Positions 27,372 through 37,639 of a DNA stretch of 64,000 nucleotides are shown here, in pieces. Every line of letters begins with the position of its first letter. Within the stretch, counting starts at the first letter, position 1. The stretch is from Bdellovibrionota bacterium. GTDB taxonomy: Bacteria > Bdellovibrionota_C > UBA2361 > JBGSMV01. A program made the translations under genes and the position numbers. The notes under the pieces are model-generated. The model did not search any database. It was not told the DNA's origin and worked only from the letters and a program-made list of their open reading frames with translations. The DNA lies in assembly GCA_041739995.1 (NCBI GenBank), contig JBGSMV010000047.1, positions 64,001 through 128,000 on the forward strand. Direction: 5' to 3'.

Positions 27372-28019
27372 ATGTATACTGCCATTCAAAATTTGAAACC
27401 TAGCGCTACCCATCCCGCCAGATTCCAAGTTTCGAGAAGGCGCCCCCTCCTTGTTGCGTGTGTTGCCTTACTCTGTCTACTTCCTGGCTTCAGCTTTGCA
27501 CAAACGACTCAGGAGAAACTTAAAGCCTCACCTCAACCTCACATAGAGGTGCCCGCGCATCAAGCACCAGGACACGACTCCCCAGACAACCTCGACGCCT
27601 CACTGGATCACGGCCCCCACGCTGGTTTTATGAGAGGCCAAGGGGACATCCAGTCTGAACTGCTCTTGGGCCCCGGAAACGGCTTTCGTCTTTACCTCGT
27701 CGACAAAAGCTGGATGGGATTAGACCTTCACGAGTCCAGCATAGAGGTCATCGTCAAACGCAGCGCAGGAAATCAACCGCTACGTTGTGCCATTAAACCT
27801 TCCACTGAAGCGCCCGAATACTATACCTGTGAATTCTTAAAAGAGTCCGTGCTTGGGATGGGAGATGTCCTTTTTGTTAAGTTTACCAATCGTGAGAAGG
27901 CGGAAGAGACATTTAACTATACCTTTCCGTTTTCAGCCCATGAACCAAAGCTGCCCTTCCCTGCAGTGCAGGCAACATCCAATGCCGCTGCTTCGGTCGG
28001 CTCCTCGTCTTCGTCTTAG
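27372..28019 (+). CDS. Secreted hypothetical protein with a His-rich N-terminal region
   Basis: Signal peptide ending ..SFA. HQAPGH..DHGPHAG motif. GAGG SD upstream. Confidence 0.7.
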   Translation: MYTAIQNLKPSATHPARFQVSRRRPLLVACVALLCLLPGFSFAQTTQEKLKASPQPHIEVPAHQAPGHDSPDNLDASLDHGPHAGFMRGQGDIQSELLLGPGNGFRLYLVDKSWMGLDLHESSIEVIVKRSAGNQPLRCAIKPSTEAPEYYTCEFLKESVLGMGDVLFVKFTNREKAEETFNYTFPFSAHEPKLPFPAVQATSNAAASVGSSSSS

Positions 28020-28052
28020 AAGTGGTTTTCGTATTTACTTTGAGTATTCAAT

Positions 28053-28793
28053 TCAGGATGGAGCGCTCTTGAGAAATGCTGTTGAGCAGCTTGCTTCAGC
28101 AAGCTCACAAGCATCTTCACAGTCGTCGACTTGATACGAATCAGTGCCGCATTTATAGCGGCAGGCGCCCAAAAAATGTCCGCAAGATTGAGCTCCGCGG
28201 TTCTTTTGACAACGGGTTTGCCCATCAGCACAGGCCGATTTGCAAACGTCAGCATTATCCTTTAGCCCCGCATCGAATCCTGAGCTGCCGTCTGGACACA
28301 TATCAATGCAAGCGCGGTGAGCCGTTTCACACACATCTCCAGGCGCGCTAAGTGCAGCTGTAGTCTGGGCACTGGAAACCCCCGATGCAGTTTTGACCGC
28401 ATGTGCAGCCGCGACATTTCGAATAAACGAAGCTGCATTTGCAAAGATGCGGTGAGGATCTCTCTCGGACACGCGCGTATCGCTGTCTCCATTTAGTTGA
28501 TTGGCTCTCTCTACCTCTGGCTCTTTCAGTCGAATCTTCATCGAAACACGTCGGTCCGCTACTGATTCAACTTCGGGCACTAACAACAGTGAAGATGGTT
28601 CAACAGCTGCTTGTGCCTCTTTATCAAAGCCTGAAATTCCAAGGCTCAGCAGAACAACTCCGAATGACAAGCCTACACCGAGACAAAAGAAGAGCACGAC
28701 AGCGGGTACTATCGAAGTGATTCGATACTTAGTTCGCTGCTCATGAAGCGCAGCTTCCATTTGGGAAGTTTGTTTGGGGCTCAATTTTTCCAC
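28053..28793 (-). CDS. Membrane-anchored protein with a 12-Cys C-terminal domain
   Basis: One TM segment. Two copies of Cx6Cx3C...Cx3Cx6C. Confidence 0.7.
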   Translation of the reverse strand: MEKLSPKQTSQMEAALHEQRTKYRITSIVPAVVLFFCLGVGLSFGVVLLSLGISGFDKEAQAAVEPSSLLLVPEVESVADRRVSMKIRLKEPEVERANQLNGDSDTRVSERDPHRIFANAASFIRNVAAAHAVKTASGVSSAQTTAALSAPGDVCETAHRACIDMCPDGSSGFDAGLKDNADVCKSACADGQTRCQKNRGAQSCGHFLGACRYKCGTDSYQVDDCEDACELAEASCSTAFLKSAPS

Positions 28794-28969
28794 TTTTTCC
28801 GAGAACTCCTTATCCTTTCATCCGCTCCAATCACACACTTGCTTCATTCATAGAGGGAAATACCCAGTAAGCATCATCATGAAGATTAAAAAGATGGATA
28901 TATTCAGCTGGTTAACCTCGAGCGCCCAACTGCACCATTCCTGAATAGGTCTTCAGAAAATAGTACCCT

Positions 28970-29113
28970 CGAGCGTACTGAGTTTAGAGTTCGATGAGTA
29001 ATTCTCGCCGAGCTCGCTGCTCTCTTTGTGAATATATTTAATGAATTACACAATGCGTTCAGCGAGAACAGCGAGAAAAAATGCTGGAATAAACTTCTGA
29101 CTCAGCACACCAA
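28970..29113. mobile_element. MITE family 1 (about 143 bp, IS630-like ends), copy 1
   Basis: Near-identical to 44425-44567 and 61700-61840, with degraded terminal CTAGs. Confidence 0.85.
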
Positions 29114-29122
29114 TAACTCTTA

Positions 29123-29149
29123 CTAGGAGTCTGAGACGCAGACGACGAC
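29123..29149. mobile_element. MITE family 2 end fragment (CTAGGAGTCTG..)
   Basis: CTAGGAGTCTGAGACGCAGACGACGAC resembles the element ends at 50964, 54113 and 63773. Confidence 0.55.
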
Positions 29150-29226
29150 AGCGGAGATGGCAAGAACATGCAAAAGGCCGGGAGCAGACGCCGTAACCGC
29201 CTTCACCAAAGGCGGAATTGCGTAGG

Positions 29227-30392
29227 TTAACTTTTCTGGTTAATTCCACAGACATTGAAGGGAATTGACAGAGTGACCACATGCTGCCAGTCATGGTCAC
29301 CAACCGCACGATACTCCACGCCGTAATCCACATTGAGGGAGCGGATGTACCCAGAGTTGAACGGATAGACATATCCAGCTCCGAGTGAGAATGCATTATA
29401 ATAGGCAGAGCCGTTTAGGTCATTAAGCTCCACGCGATTGTACTTATGTTCGCCAGTCCGGCATAGCGATATCCAGCGCGAACCTTGAATTCGTCATTGA
29501 GCGTCTGCTCGACACCTATTCGAGCATCGAAAGTATTTCCATTCTCTGCACCCCCCACAACGTTTGCGGGGATTGAGGATTCAACACCGCCATCACTTCC
29601 AAGGTGCCTATAGCCTGCCGACAAAGCGAGTACGGTCTGCGGGACTACCGCGAACTCCACGCCCGCGTCGATACCAAATGCGTTCGTTTGAGAATGCTCC
29701 TCGATTCCAGGGCCGTAGAGTGCGTGATGAGTGCCATGTGCACCTAATACGGATACACCGACGGTCATTTCTTCCTGCTTATACATCGCACCGAGAGTGT
29801 GCCGGAAGCCGTTTCCCATAGGATAGTGGAAAATCTGCTTCGACTGGAAGCGATCTTCTGTCCATCCGATGCTGTATCCCAAAGTAAGATCGGAACTGAC
29901 GGGGTAGGCGTAAGCAGCAACGACCTGAGTCGTCTCAGTCACTGTGTCGTAGGTGTCGTCTCGCCAATCGCCATCGCGTGAAGTCCAGGCCATACCAAAA
30001 TTACCGTAATCTGGAGGCGCATCAAGACGCGGCCCGATCGGCATTGCAAACAACGCGCTTCCATTGTTTTCACGTTGATCAACGTTCTCACCGGTGGGAA
30101 ACTCATCGCCACTTATGCGATTGTAGCTGTACGTGCCAGAAACCTCGCCATCACTCATGAATCCTAAACCCGCGGGATTTCCCAGAACACTAGAACTATC
30201 CATCGACGTTTGAGCCGAGCTGCCCGCCATTCCAAACGTCCGCGCGTTCTGCGGATACTCGTAGTAACGCTGCTGGGCCTCCTGAAAATACAGATCCCTG
30301 GTATCATCAGCCACAGCGGCCAGTGGAATGGCCAAAGCAGCTAGCCCCAGTCCGCGAAGTGAACGATGCAAGGTGTTCATGATAGCTCCCAT
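29227..30392 (-). pseudogene. Outer-membrane beta-barrel protein (FadL/PorV-like N-terminus), split by a 1-nt frameshift
   Basis: Signal peptide, ARTFGMAG..NPAGLG, alternating beta strands. Adding one base near 29447 joins 29415-30392 to 29227-29433 (..GLAN-x-KYNRVELNDLNG..). Confidence 0.75.
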
Positions 30393-30520
30393 AAAATCAA
30401 GAAAAACTCTACGCGGGATAAGACCTTAGGCGCAGCCATTCGGCGTATGATCGCCGTCATGTAGAGCTCCGTTTTGCCCAAAATATTTCCGAGGGCTCTA
30501 CTAGGTCCTACATTAACCAA

Positions 30521-31102
30521 TCAAGTAGGAACCGAAACTACAAGAGCTTTTGGTGCGGCCCGACTCCCCAATTCCAAAGTGACTCCGAAACCTCGCATTC
30601 GAAGAATTTCAACTGCCGTATACACTACGCGGTACGGCGTGTGACCAATCAAGGGATACCGCTTAGAGCCTTCAGGAAGCCCTTCAGCGAGGGATCGATC
30701 CAGTCTCGATAGAAGTGTGCGAAGTTGTTTTTGTTGCCGGTCCGTCAGAGTCAAAATACCAGAAGGTGGATTGGAAAACTCGAAGACAATATCAGCCTCA
30801 TCGCGACGAGGGGCGACGCTCCAGCCCCGAGCTTGAAATCGGGCTACTACCGCCTCAGCTTCAGATTTCAACATTCTGTCGATGCCAAAACGCACTTCCA
30901 GAATGGCACGACTGTCTTGTCCAAACTGTTCGGCTAAAAAGCCTTCAATAGTAGTCAAACGCTCAGGGAAATGGAGACCGTCAGCAGAAGCGGAGGGGGA
31001 TGATTTCTTCTGCGTTTCTTGGCCTGGGTTCTCCACAGCGGCAAGCCTACCTTGATTTCTAAGGTAAGTTCTACGCCTCGCCACAGAAGACCCTTCGATC
31101 AA
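30521..31102 (-). CDS. Hypothetical protein
   Basis: 193-aa ORF filling the gap between genes on the same strand. Confidence 0.55.
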   Translation of the reverse strand: MIEGSSVARRRTYLRNQGRLAAVENPGQETQKKSSPSASADGLHFPERLTTIEGFLAEQFGQDSRAILEVRFGIDRMLKSEAEAVVARFQARGWSVAPRRDEADIVFEFSNPPSGILTLTDRQQKQLRTLLSRLDRSLAEGLPEGSKRYPLIGHTPYRVVYTAVEILRMRGFGVTLELGSRAAPKALVVSVPT

Positions 31103-31251
31103 GTCGATTGGCCGATTCCTGTGAACACACCGGGAACTTCTGAAGCTTGTGCGCCTGCAAACTCCTCCAGGCTCATTTCACGAATTGCCTCTACGACTTA
31201 AGTGGCGTCGCTGCTCGCTCACCGCATCAAAACGGATAGGGCACGGCGCAT

Positions 31252-32013
31252 TTAGCCAGGCGCGCGCAAGACGATATAAAACTCATTATAGGGTTCATAA
31301 ACATCATAGGACGCGTGAATTTCTAAATTAATGAGGCCTATAGCTCTTAGTTCCTCCACCAGCCTAAGAAAGGAGCTGTGGGTAAAGACATGCGTGTGTA
31401 CGCTCGCGTCCTTACGTTCATAATAATCTCTGGCGATCTCAAAGGCCTTCTTGGGGTCAAATCTCGGCTCGAGTGCTTCAAACTCCCCATGCCAGATCTT
31501 CGAGCTCACCACGTTCCTGAACAGATAAACAGTATCAAATGCCGCGGAGAAACTTGGGACATCTCTCGCCTCAATATAATTCTCTAAAATCCGCCCGAGA
31601 GTAGTGAGCGGACGAATAATATCAAAAGTGTACCTCTTATCGGGAACTATGAAGTACGCGCAACCACCAGGGCGCAGTATCTTTTCTATATTCTGCAACC
31701 ATCGCACCGTGTCTGGCACATGCTCAATAACGTGTGAGCCGATAACGAAGTCAAAATCATTTGGGAAATCTTTGGCGAACTCTGAGTGTCGAATCACATG
31801 CGAGACTGGAACAATTGATTGAGCGTTCGCATTGTCACGCTTGGCAAATCCTTGCAGTTCTTCAGTAGAGTAATAGTCTGCGAACTCAACATTAAGCTCT
31901 TTCACGCCGAAGAGAGGGCGATCATAGGCTCCGAACTCTAGTCCCTTGCCTTTCAAATTAAGGTGCTCGCGAGCATAGTGCTGGCGAATAGAAATGTTCG
32001 ATAGTCTTTCCAT
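31252..32013 (-). CDS. Class I SAM-dependent methyltransferase
   Basis: GLEFGA, FDFVIGSHVIEHVPD, LRPGG, VPDKRYTFD. Confidence 0.9.
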   Translation of the reverse strand: MERLSNISIRQHYAREHLNLKGKGLEFGAYDRPLFGVKELNVEFADYYSTEELQGFAKRDNANAQSIVPVSHVIRHSEFAKDFPNDFDFVIGSHVIEHVPDTVRWLQNIEKILRPGGCAYFIVPDKRYTFDIIRPLTTLGRILENYIEARDVPSFSAAFDTVYLFRNVVSSKIWHGEFEALEPRFDPKKAFEIARDYYERKDASVHTHVFTHSSFLRLVEELRAIGLINLEIHASYDVYEPYNEFYIVLRAPG

Positions 32014-32228
32014 AAGTCACACGGCTCTCCACCTGTATCCCCTAAACTCTCCCCCTAGATTCTTAGAGCCTAACCCAACGTGAAGCATGAGTCCTGTGAT
32101 TGTCTCATAATTTTTGATCAGAAAGCTGGGCAAGACGAAATTGATAGGGCGCACGCCACACAAGCGCAGACAATTGGGCACAACCGACGTCTCGTTAGAT
32201 ATAGCGAGGAACAGTCTAAGGCAAAAGG

Positions 32229-32810
32229 TCAGCCCGAACAGCGATCGTATTCACCAAACGCCATGGCGATTCGCTTTCGTATTCGATACTTGGCTCCCGT
32301 ACTCGAGCGCAGTTGAAGCACTAACCGCACGTGCTGAATGCCAAGGTCAGTACTGAGCTGCTCAGGTAAGTTGGTGAGTCGCTTACCGCCCGCGTTCGCC
32401 TTTAGAAAAAGTGATAGCACCCTCCCTTGACCCTTAGGCGGAATGGCTGCATAGCTACTCGGCGAAAGTCGTTGGCTCAACCTCGCTCTTCCGCCATTTG
32501 AAGTACGCAGACGGTAACGAACATTTCTTACGTTTAGTTCTAGGTTAGTTGGGTTGCGAATGGTTGTCGCCACCACCGTATCATAGAATGGCTCATCCGT
32601 TTGTGAAGGCGCTGTGCCACACAGTTTTTGGCTTAGATCTACCGACAGACTTCCAACTGATCCTGCGGCGTAGTCGCCCTCGTCCAGAATCTCCACACTG
32701 AGCACTCTCGGTGACTCTTCAGCTGCAACCCCGGCTGGTAGGAAAACGCCCATCAGCAAAGCCATCAATACGCTAAAGGCGCGATTTTCTATCCCCTCTC
32801 GATCGCACAT
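32229..32810 (-). CDS. Secreted hypothetical protein
   Basis: Hydrophobic leader ending VAA, a beta-rich body and two Cys residues. Confidence 0.7.
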   Translation of the reverse strand: MCDREGIENRAFSVLMALLMGVFLPAGVAAEESPRVLSVEILDEGDYAAGSVGSLSVDLSQKLCGTAPSQTDEPFYDTVVATTIRNPTNLELNVRNVRYRLRTSNGGRARLSQRLSPSSYAAIPPKGQGRVLSLFLKANAGGKRLTNLPEQLSTDLGIQHVRLVLQLRSSTGAKYRIRKRIAMAFGEYDRCSG

Positions 32811-32993
32811 AACGCAAATCTCCCAACGACACAGGTCGGCAGAGAGCGGCTGAAGCTTTTCAAATGGGGGCGAAATTGTAGATTAGGTTGGCGAAATGTC
32901 AGCGGTCAGGCGCCAAAGGCATTTAAAATGGCACTGAGTACCGCAACGAGCGCTGGAGGGAAGACATCCAGGTCGCTCTAAAAGGGTCAAGAC

Positions 32994-33092
32994 CTAGCGT
33001 CCTGAGTTAAGGGTTCGATGAATAATTCTCACCGAGCTCGCTGCTCTCTTTGTGAATATATTTAATGAATTACACAGTGAGTTCAGCGAGAA
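32994..33092. mobile_element. MITE family 1, truncated copy 2
   Basis: CTAGCGTCCTGAGTTAAGGGTTCGATG.. matches the first ~100 bp of the other copies. The right end is missing. Confidence 0.85.
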
Positions 33093-33124
33093 GACGCCTG
33101 AACGAGCTTCTACCTCAGAGGGCG

Positions 33125-33565
33125 CTAGTGCTGCGCCTTAGTGGCATGCCCCTCCGTTACATGATCCGCGGAGATCGGCGCTTTGGCCTCTGCTGCCGGC
33201 CCAGGGGTAGCTCTATAGGGATTATCAACGAAGATGCCGGCCATCATTATCCCAAGCAGCACAAGAGGAAACACCGCGTAAATCCAAGTGGTCATACGCT
33301 CAAACTTCAAATGCATAAAAAATAGCGCGACCAGCATGGCCTTGATGGACGCGATGAACATCGCAATCACGATATTCATAGAACCAAAGTCGAGTCGCGT
33401 TACACCAACGGTCAGTACCGTCAGTACCAAAAGTGCTACGAATATCTTTGCGTAAATTGAATAGGGAGAGATGTGCCCGAAATCGTCTGAGTGATCTTGT
33501 GTAGGCATGATCTCAAATCCGTGCCCTGCTGCATGATCTCCGTGCGTATCTGTATGGTGGCCCAT
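33125..33565 (-). CDS. ctaF: Cytochrome c oxidase subunit IV (caa3-type)
   Basis: LLVLTVLTV, IASIKAMLVALFFMHLK, His-rich N-terminus. Last gene of the cox operon. Confidence 0.9.
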   Translation of the reverse strand: MGHHTDTHGDHAAGHGFEIMPTQDHSDDFGHISPYSIYAKIFVALLVLTVLTVGVTRLDFGSMNIVIAMFIASIKAMLVALFFMHLKFERMTTWIYAVFPLVLLGIMMAGIFVDNPYRATPGPAAEAKAPISADHVTEGHATKAQH

Positions 33566-33604
33566 AAATCCTCTCAAATTTTATTCACTAACACTCGTCA
33601 GCGA

Positions 33605-34273
33605 CTAACCCACCAAGTAAAGAAGCGGGAAAAGATAAATCCAGATCAGGTCAACAAGATGCCAATACAAAGCGCCAACTTCGACCGGCACAAAGTAACG
33701 CGACGAAAAACGCCCCTTACGAGCTTTTAGATACACCCAGGTGAGCAGCCCCATTCCAAGCACTACGTGCAAGGCATGCAGGCCAGTCATGCAGTAGTAC
33801 AACCCAAAGTACATCTTATACTCTTGGATGAACTCAGGAGAGTTCCAGCGCTCAGTGCCTGGAAAAAGTCCGTGACTGTACTTTCCGGTGTACTCAATTC
33901 CTTTGATTATTAGGAAAAGAAAGCCGCATGCGATCGTAATCAACAAATTCTTAGAGCAGCGTCGACTATCTCCACGCTGGGCAGCATCAACCGCCAAGGC
34001 AGCCGTAAAGCTACTGAAAAGAAGCACCACAGTGTTCACTGAACCATAGACCCAATTCAGCTCCTTAGAAGCATGATGGAATTCTTCGAAATAGGCCCAG
34101 TGATACAGGGCAAAAGAGGTGAAAAGGCCGCCGAACAAAAGTATTTCAGTGGCAAGAAAGAGCCACATCCCAAGCTTAGCCGACTGATATGCAGTCGGGG
34201 TATCCATGTGGTGGATGTGCGGCGGATCTCCGGGACCCACTTCGGCCGCAGTTGCATGATGTGAAGCGCTCAT
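33605..34273 (-). CDS. ctaE: Cytochrome c oxidase subunit III
   Basis: GMWLFLATEILLFGGLF, TGLHALHV, YWHLVDLIWI. Confidence 0.95.
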   Translation of the reverse strand: MSASHHATAAEVGPGDPPHIHHMDTPTAYQSAKLGMWLFLATEILLFGGLFTSFALYHWAYFEEFHHASKELNWVYGSVNTVVLLFSSFTAALAVDAAQRGDSRRCSKNLLITIACGFLFLIIKGIEYTGKYSHGLFPGTERWNSPEFIQEYKMYFGLYYCMTGLHALHVVLGMGLLTWVYLKARKGRFSSRYFVPVEVGALYWHLVDLIWIYLFPLLYLVG

Positions 34274-34336
34274 TACTCAGTCTCCAAATTAACCATCGCC
34301 AGAATCTCCCCCCAGGGTGGCGTCACTACCCTCCAA

Positions 34337-36037
34337 TTAATGAGCGGCAGCATCTCCTCGCACCGGGGTTCCATACGCATACGTTGAACCAGTAACAACT
34401 GGCGTAACTTCAAAGTTTTCGTGTGGTGGTGGAGATGGAGTTTGCCACTCTAAAGACAACGAATCCCACGGATTGGCGGGCGCCTTCACGCGACCAAACA
34501 CCGCAGCCCACCCGAGATTGAGAAGCGCCAGGGTATAGCCCAATGCATTAATCACGGCTCCTGCCGTCGAGACCTGGTGCAGGTTCTGGTACTGAGGAAG
34601 GTAGTCATAGTAACGGCGCGGCATACCCTCCATTCCAAGAGCGAATTGAGGAATGAAGGTTAAGTTAAAGCCTACGAAGACGAGGAACCAAGTCACCTTC
34701 CCGGCCGTCTCGTTGTACATCTTCCCGCTCATCTTCGGGAACCAATAGTACAGGCCGCCCATAAGACCGATTACTGCACCGCCTTGAATCGTGTAGTGAA
34801 AGTGGGCAACGACGAAATAGGTGTCATGGTAGTAGACGTCCACCGCAAGAACCGCCAAATAAACACCGGTAGTACCCGCCACCATGAAAAGAAATATAAA
34901 GCCCATGGCGTACAACATCGGGGTGTTAAAGCGGATAGATCCGCGATACATCGTGCTTACCCAGTTGAACACTTTCACCGCCGTCGGCACCGCCACACCG
35001 AACGTCACCACCGAGAAATATATCGCTGCGGCTTCAGAGATACCGGCGACGAACATATGATGGGCCCAAACTAGAAACCCGACGACCGCGATGGTGACCG
35101 ATGCGTAGACTACCGCCTTATAGCCAAATATCGGTTTGCGCGAGAATACTGGAATGATTTCGCCAACGATGCCGAACGCCGGCAACACCATGATGTAGAC
35201 TACCGGGTGAGAGTAGAACCAGAAAAGATGCTGATAGAGAACTGGATCGCCACCTAGTTTCGGATTGAACACTCCGACCCCGAATCCTCTCTCCATGATT
35301 ACCAGTAGCAAGGTAATTCCAACTACCGGAGTAGCCAGAGTTTGGATTACTGCGGTTGCATAAGTTCCCCAAACGAATACGGGCAACCTATCCCAAGTCA
35401 TTCCTGGAGCGCGCAACTTGTGAATCGTTACGATGAAGTTCAGTCCAGTAAGAATCGAGGAGAACCCCAAGACGAATGCCGCGGCCGTCATCCATACTAC
35501 GGAAGTTCCCGTTTCAATGCTGTACGGTGCATAGAACGTCCAACCGGTATCAACTGGTCCATGAACCCCGATGAAGTTCATAGCCTTCTCCATAAAGGCC
35601 GGGCCAATCGGCTTGAGCAAGCCGAACAACGCCATACAAGCCCCGACCATATAGATGTACCAGCTGAAAAGATTCAGCTTCGGAAAAGCCACGTCCTTTG
35701 CCCCGATCATTAGTGGGAGAAGAAAATTTCCGAGTGTCGCGGGAATTCCGGGAACGATAAAAAGAAAAATCATCACCGCGCCATGAATGGTAAACATGGC
35801 GTTATAGGTCTCGGCGTCAATAAAATTGTGCTGGCCAGTCCCGTATAACTTAGCGAGCTCAAGACGCATCGCAAGCGCGGCCATCCCTCCCACAAAGAAG
35901 AAGATCAAAATCGCGAAAAGGTACAGCAAGCAAATGCGTTTGTGGTCAACAGTGGTTAACCACGACCAAATGCCCTTCTCGTGATTTAGATAGTTTGGCT
36001 TCGCGTTTGCTTCGCCAGCAGCAGAATATGCACTCAT
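34337..36037 (-). CDS. ctaD: Cytochrome c oxidase subunit I, type A2
   Basis: DHKRI, FTIHG, FWFYSHPVVY (A2 YS motif), WAHHM, VAHFHY, GMPRRY. Confidence 0.98.
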   Translation of the reverse strand: MSAYSAAGEANAKPNYLNHEKGIWSWLTTVDHKRICLLYLFAILIFFFVGGMAALAMRLELAKLYGTGQHNFIDAETYNAMFTIHGAVMIFLFIVPGIPATLGNFLLPLMIGAKDVAFPKLNLFSWYIYMVGACMALFGLLKPIGPAFMEKAMNFIGVHGPVDTGWTFYAPYSIETGTSVVWMTAAAFVLGFSSILTGLNFIVTIHKLRAPGMTWDRLPVFVWGTYATAVIQTLATPVVGITLLLVIMERGFGVGVFNPKLGGDPVLYQHLFWFYSHPVVYIMVLPAFGIVGEIIPVFSRKPIFGYKAVVYASVTIAVVGFLVWAHHMFVAGISEAAAIYFSVVTFGVAVPTAVKVFNWVSTMYRGSIRFNTPMLYAMGFIFLFMVAGTTGVYLAVLAVDVYYHDTYFVVAHFHYTIQGGAVIGLMGGLYYWFPKMSGKMYNETAGKVTWFLVFVGFNLTFIPQFALGMEGMPRRYYDYLPQYQNLHQVSTAGAVINALGYTLALLNLGWAAVFGRVKAPANPWDSLSLEWQTPSPPPHENFEVTPVVTGSTYAYGTPVRGDAAAH

Positions 36038-36053
36038 AACTTTCGACTCTCTT

Positions 36054-37385
36054 CTACTTCACCGTCTTGAGATACTCGACAATGTCCTTAACATCCTGCT
36101 CTTTGAGCTGGGTGCCATAGACCGGGGGCATTGCTGGCGCAAAGTTCTTGGCTATCTTGGCCATCGGATTGAGAATTGACTCCTCTAGATAGGCCTCATC
36201 TACAACCAATGAAGTGCCGTCTTGCAACTCAGCCGTTCGCCCAAAAATACCCTTGAAGCTTGGACCCACCAGTGCCGAACCATCCAGCGAATGGCAACTC
36301 GTACAAGCAGGAACCGTTTTCGCTTTAACCAACTTCTCACCACGCTCAAGCGGGGAAAGCTTATCCCAACCGTCATCAACGGGGGCGGCTACTGGTGCAG
36401 CAACAGGCGCAGATCCGTCCTGAGCTTGGATAAAGGCGATCAGCCCGGCGATCTCATCAGGCCCAAGCTGACCGTCGTAGCTCGGCATTACTGGGGCATA
36501 GCCTTCAACGATTTGCTTGTTTGGATGAAGAATTGATTCTTGTATGTAATTCTCGTCGACATCGACGGTGGTCCCGTCCTGAAGAGACTCCTTCTTGCCA
36601 AAGACTTTGAGGAAAGAAGGCCCAATCAACCTTGAGCCATCAAGGCTGTGACAAGCGTTGCAACCCTTCTCTGTATAAAGTTGTTTGCCTCTCGCGCTTG
36701 GGCTCATCCCTGCAAGCGCATTTTCGGCACTGCGATCTTTCAGCCACCTATCAAACTCAGCTTCCGAAACCACTCGAAGACTCGCCATCATGTTTGAGTG
36801 TTCTTTGCCGCAATATTCAGTACAAAACACTGGATACTTGCCGGTTTTGATCGGTGTAAAGACGATATAGCTCCACTGTCCCGGGATTACGTCCTTTTTG
36901 GCGCGCATCGCTGGAATAAAAAAACTGTGCAACACATCACGCGACTGCATCACAAGTTTAATAGGGCGATCAACGGGAACTACCCACTCCACGTCCTTGC
37001 CGCCAATTTTTTTAACTTGTGACTGACCAGCCTCGTCTTTGTATTCGTACTCAAAATCCCAAAACCACTTCTGTCCCCAAGCGGTAATGCGCAACGCGTT
37101 CTCTGGGACCTCTCTGGTCTGTTGGTAAATCACCACGCCGTAGTAGGCGAGAAAGATCGAGACGATCGTCGGAACAATGGTCCAAATCATTTCAAGGGTA
37201 TGACTTCCTTCGATACGCGGAGTCTCGTGATCCTTGCCGTTGCGCTGGCGATAACGGATGGCGAAGTAAATCATCGCGCCAACAATCGCCACCGTGAAGA
37301 ACAGCGAGAGATCGGTGATGATGTTGTTCATCCAATCGACATCTGCTGCGTGCGCTGACGCTTGCTCTGGAAAATAGCGAAACAT
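36054..37385 (-). CDS. ctaC: Cytochrome c oxidase subunit II with two fused cytochrome c domains
   Basis: CuA ligands DVLHS and CTEYCGKEHSNM. Haem motifs CNACH and CTSCH. Confidence 0.96.
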   Translation of the reverse strand: MFRYFPEQASAHAADVDWMNNIITDLSLFFTVAIVGAMIYFAIRYRQRNGKDHETPRIEGSHTLEMIWTIVPTIVSIFLAYYGVVIYQQTREVPENALRITAWGQKWFWDFEYEYKDEAGQSQVKKIGGKDVEWVVPVDRPIKLVMQSRDVLHSFFIPAMRAKKDVIPGQWSYIVFTPIKTGKYPVFCTEYCGKEHSNMMASLRVVSEAEFDRWLKDRSAENALAGMSPSARGKQLYTEKGCNACHSLDGSRLIGPSFLKVFGKKESLQDGTTVDVDENYIQESILHPNKQIVEGYAPVMPSYDGQLGPDEIAGLIAFIQAQDGSAPVAAPVAAPVDDGWDKLSPLERGEKLVKAKTVPACTSCHSLDGSALVGPSFKGIFGRTAELQDGTSLVVDEAYLEESILNPMAKIAKNFAPAMPPVYGTQLKEQDVKDIVEYLKTVK

Positions 37386-37639
37386 GGTAGATATCCCCTA
37401 CAACTCACTCGACACGAAGCGTGCTGACCTATTAGTGACGTAGGTCATGCCTGCTCTAACAAAAGGTGAGTTCGAATCCCAAAAAACGTCCGGTCCACCG
37501 TCCTAGGGCTACTCCTCCTAGAAAAACGTCAGACCCAGATTACTACCGAAGCACCCCTGTCGCGACGACACCCCTTTACCGCCTCCGATGGCTAAATGTC
37601 GAGGCCTCCCGTGAAGTTAGCCACTAAATCAGCGCACCG

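Noticed and set aside
29046..29396. 116-aa ORF on the minus strand
   Set aside because: It is an alternative frame of the OMP 3' fragment running into MITE sequence.
37465..37481. tRNA T-loop-like GTTCGAATCCC
   Set aside because: The T-stem does not pair and there is no cloverleaf or acceptor stem.
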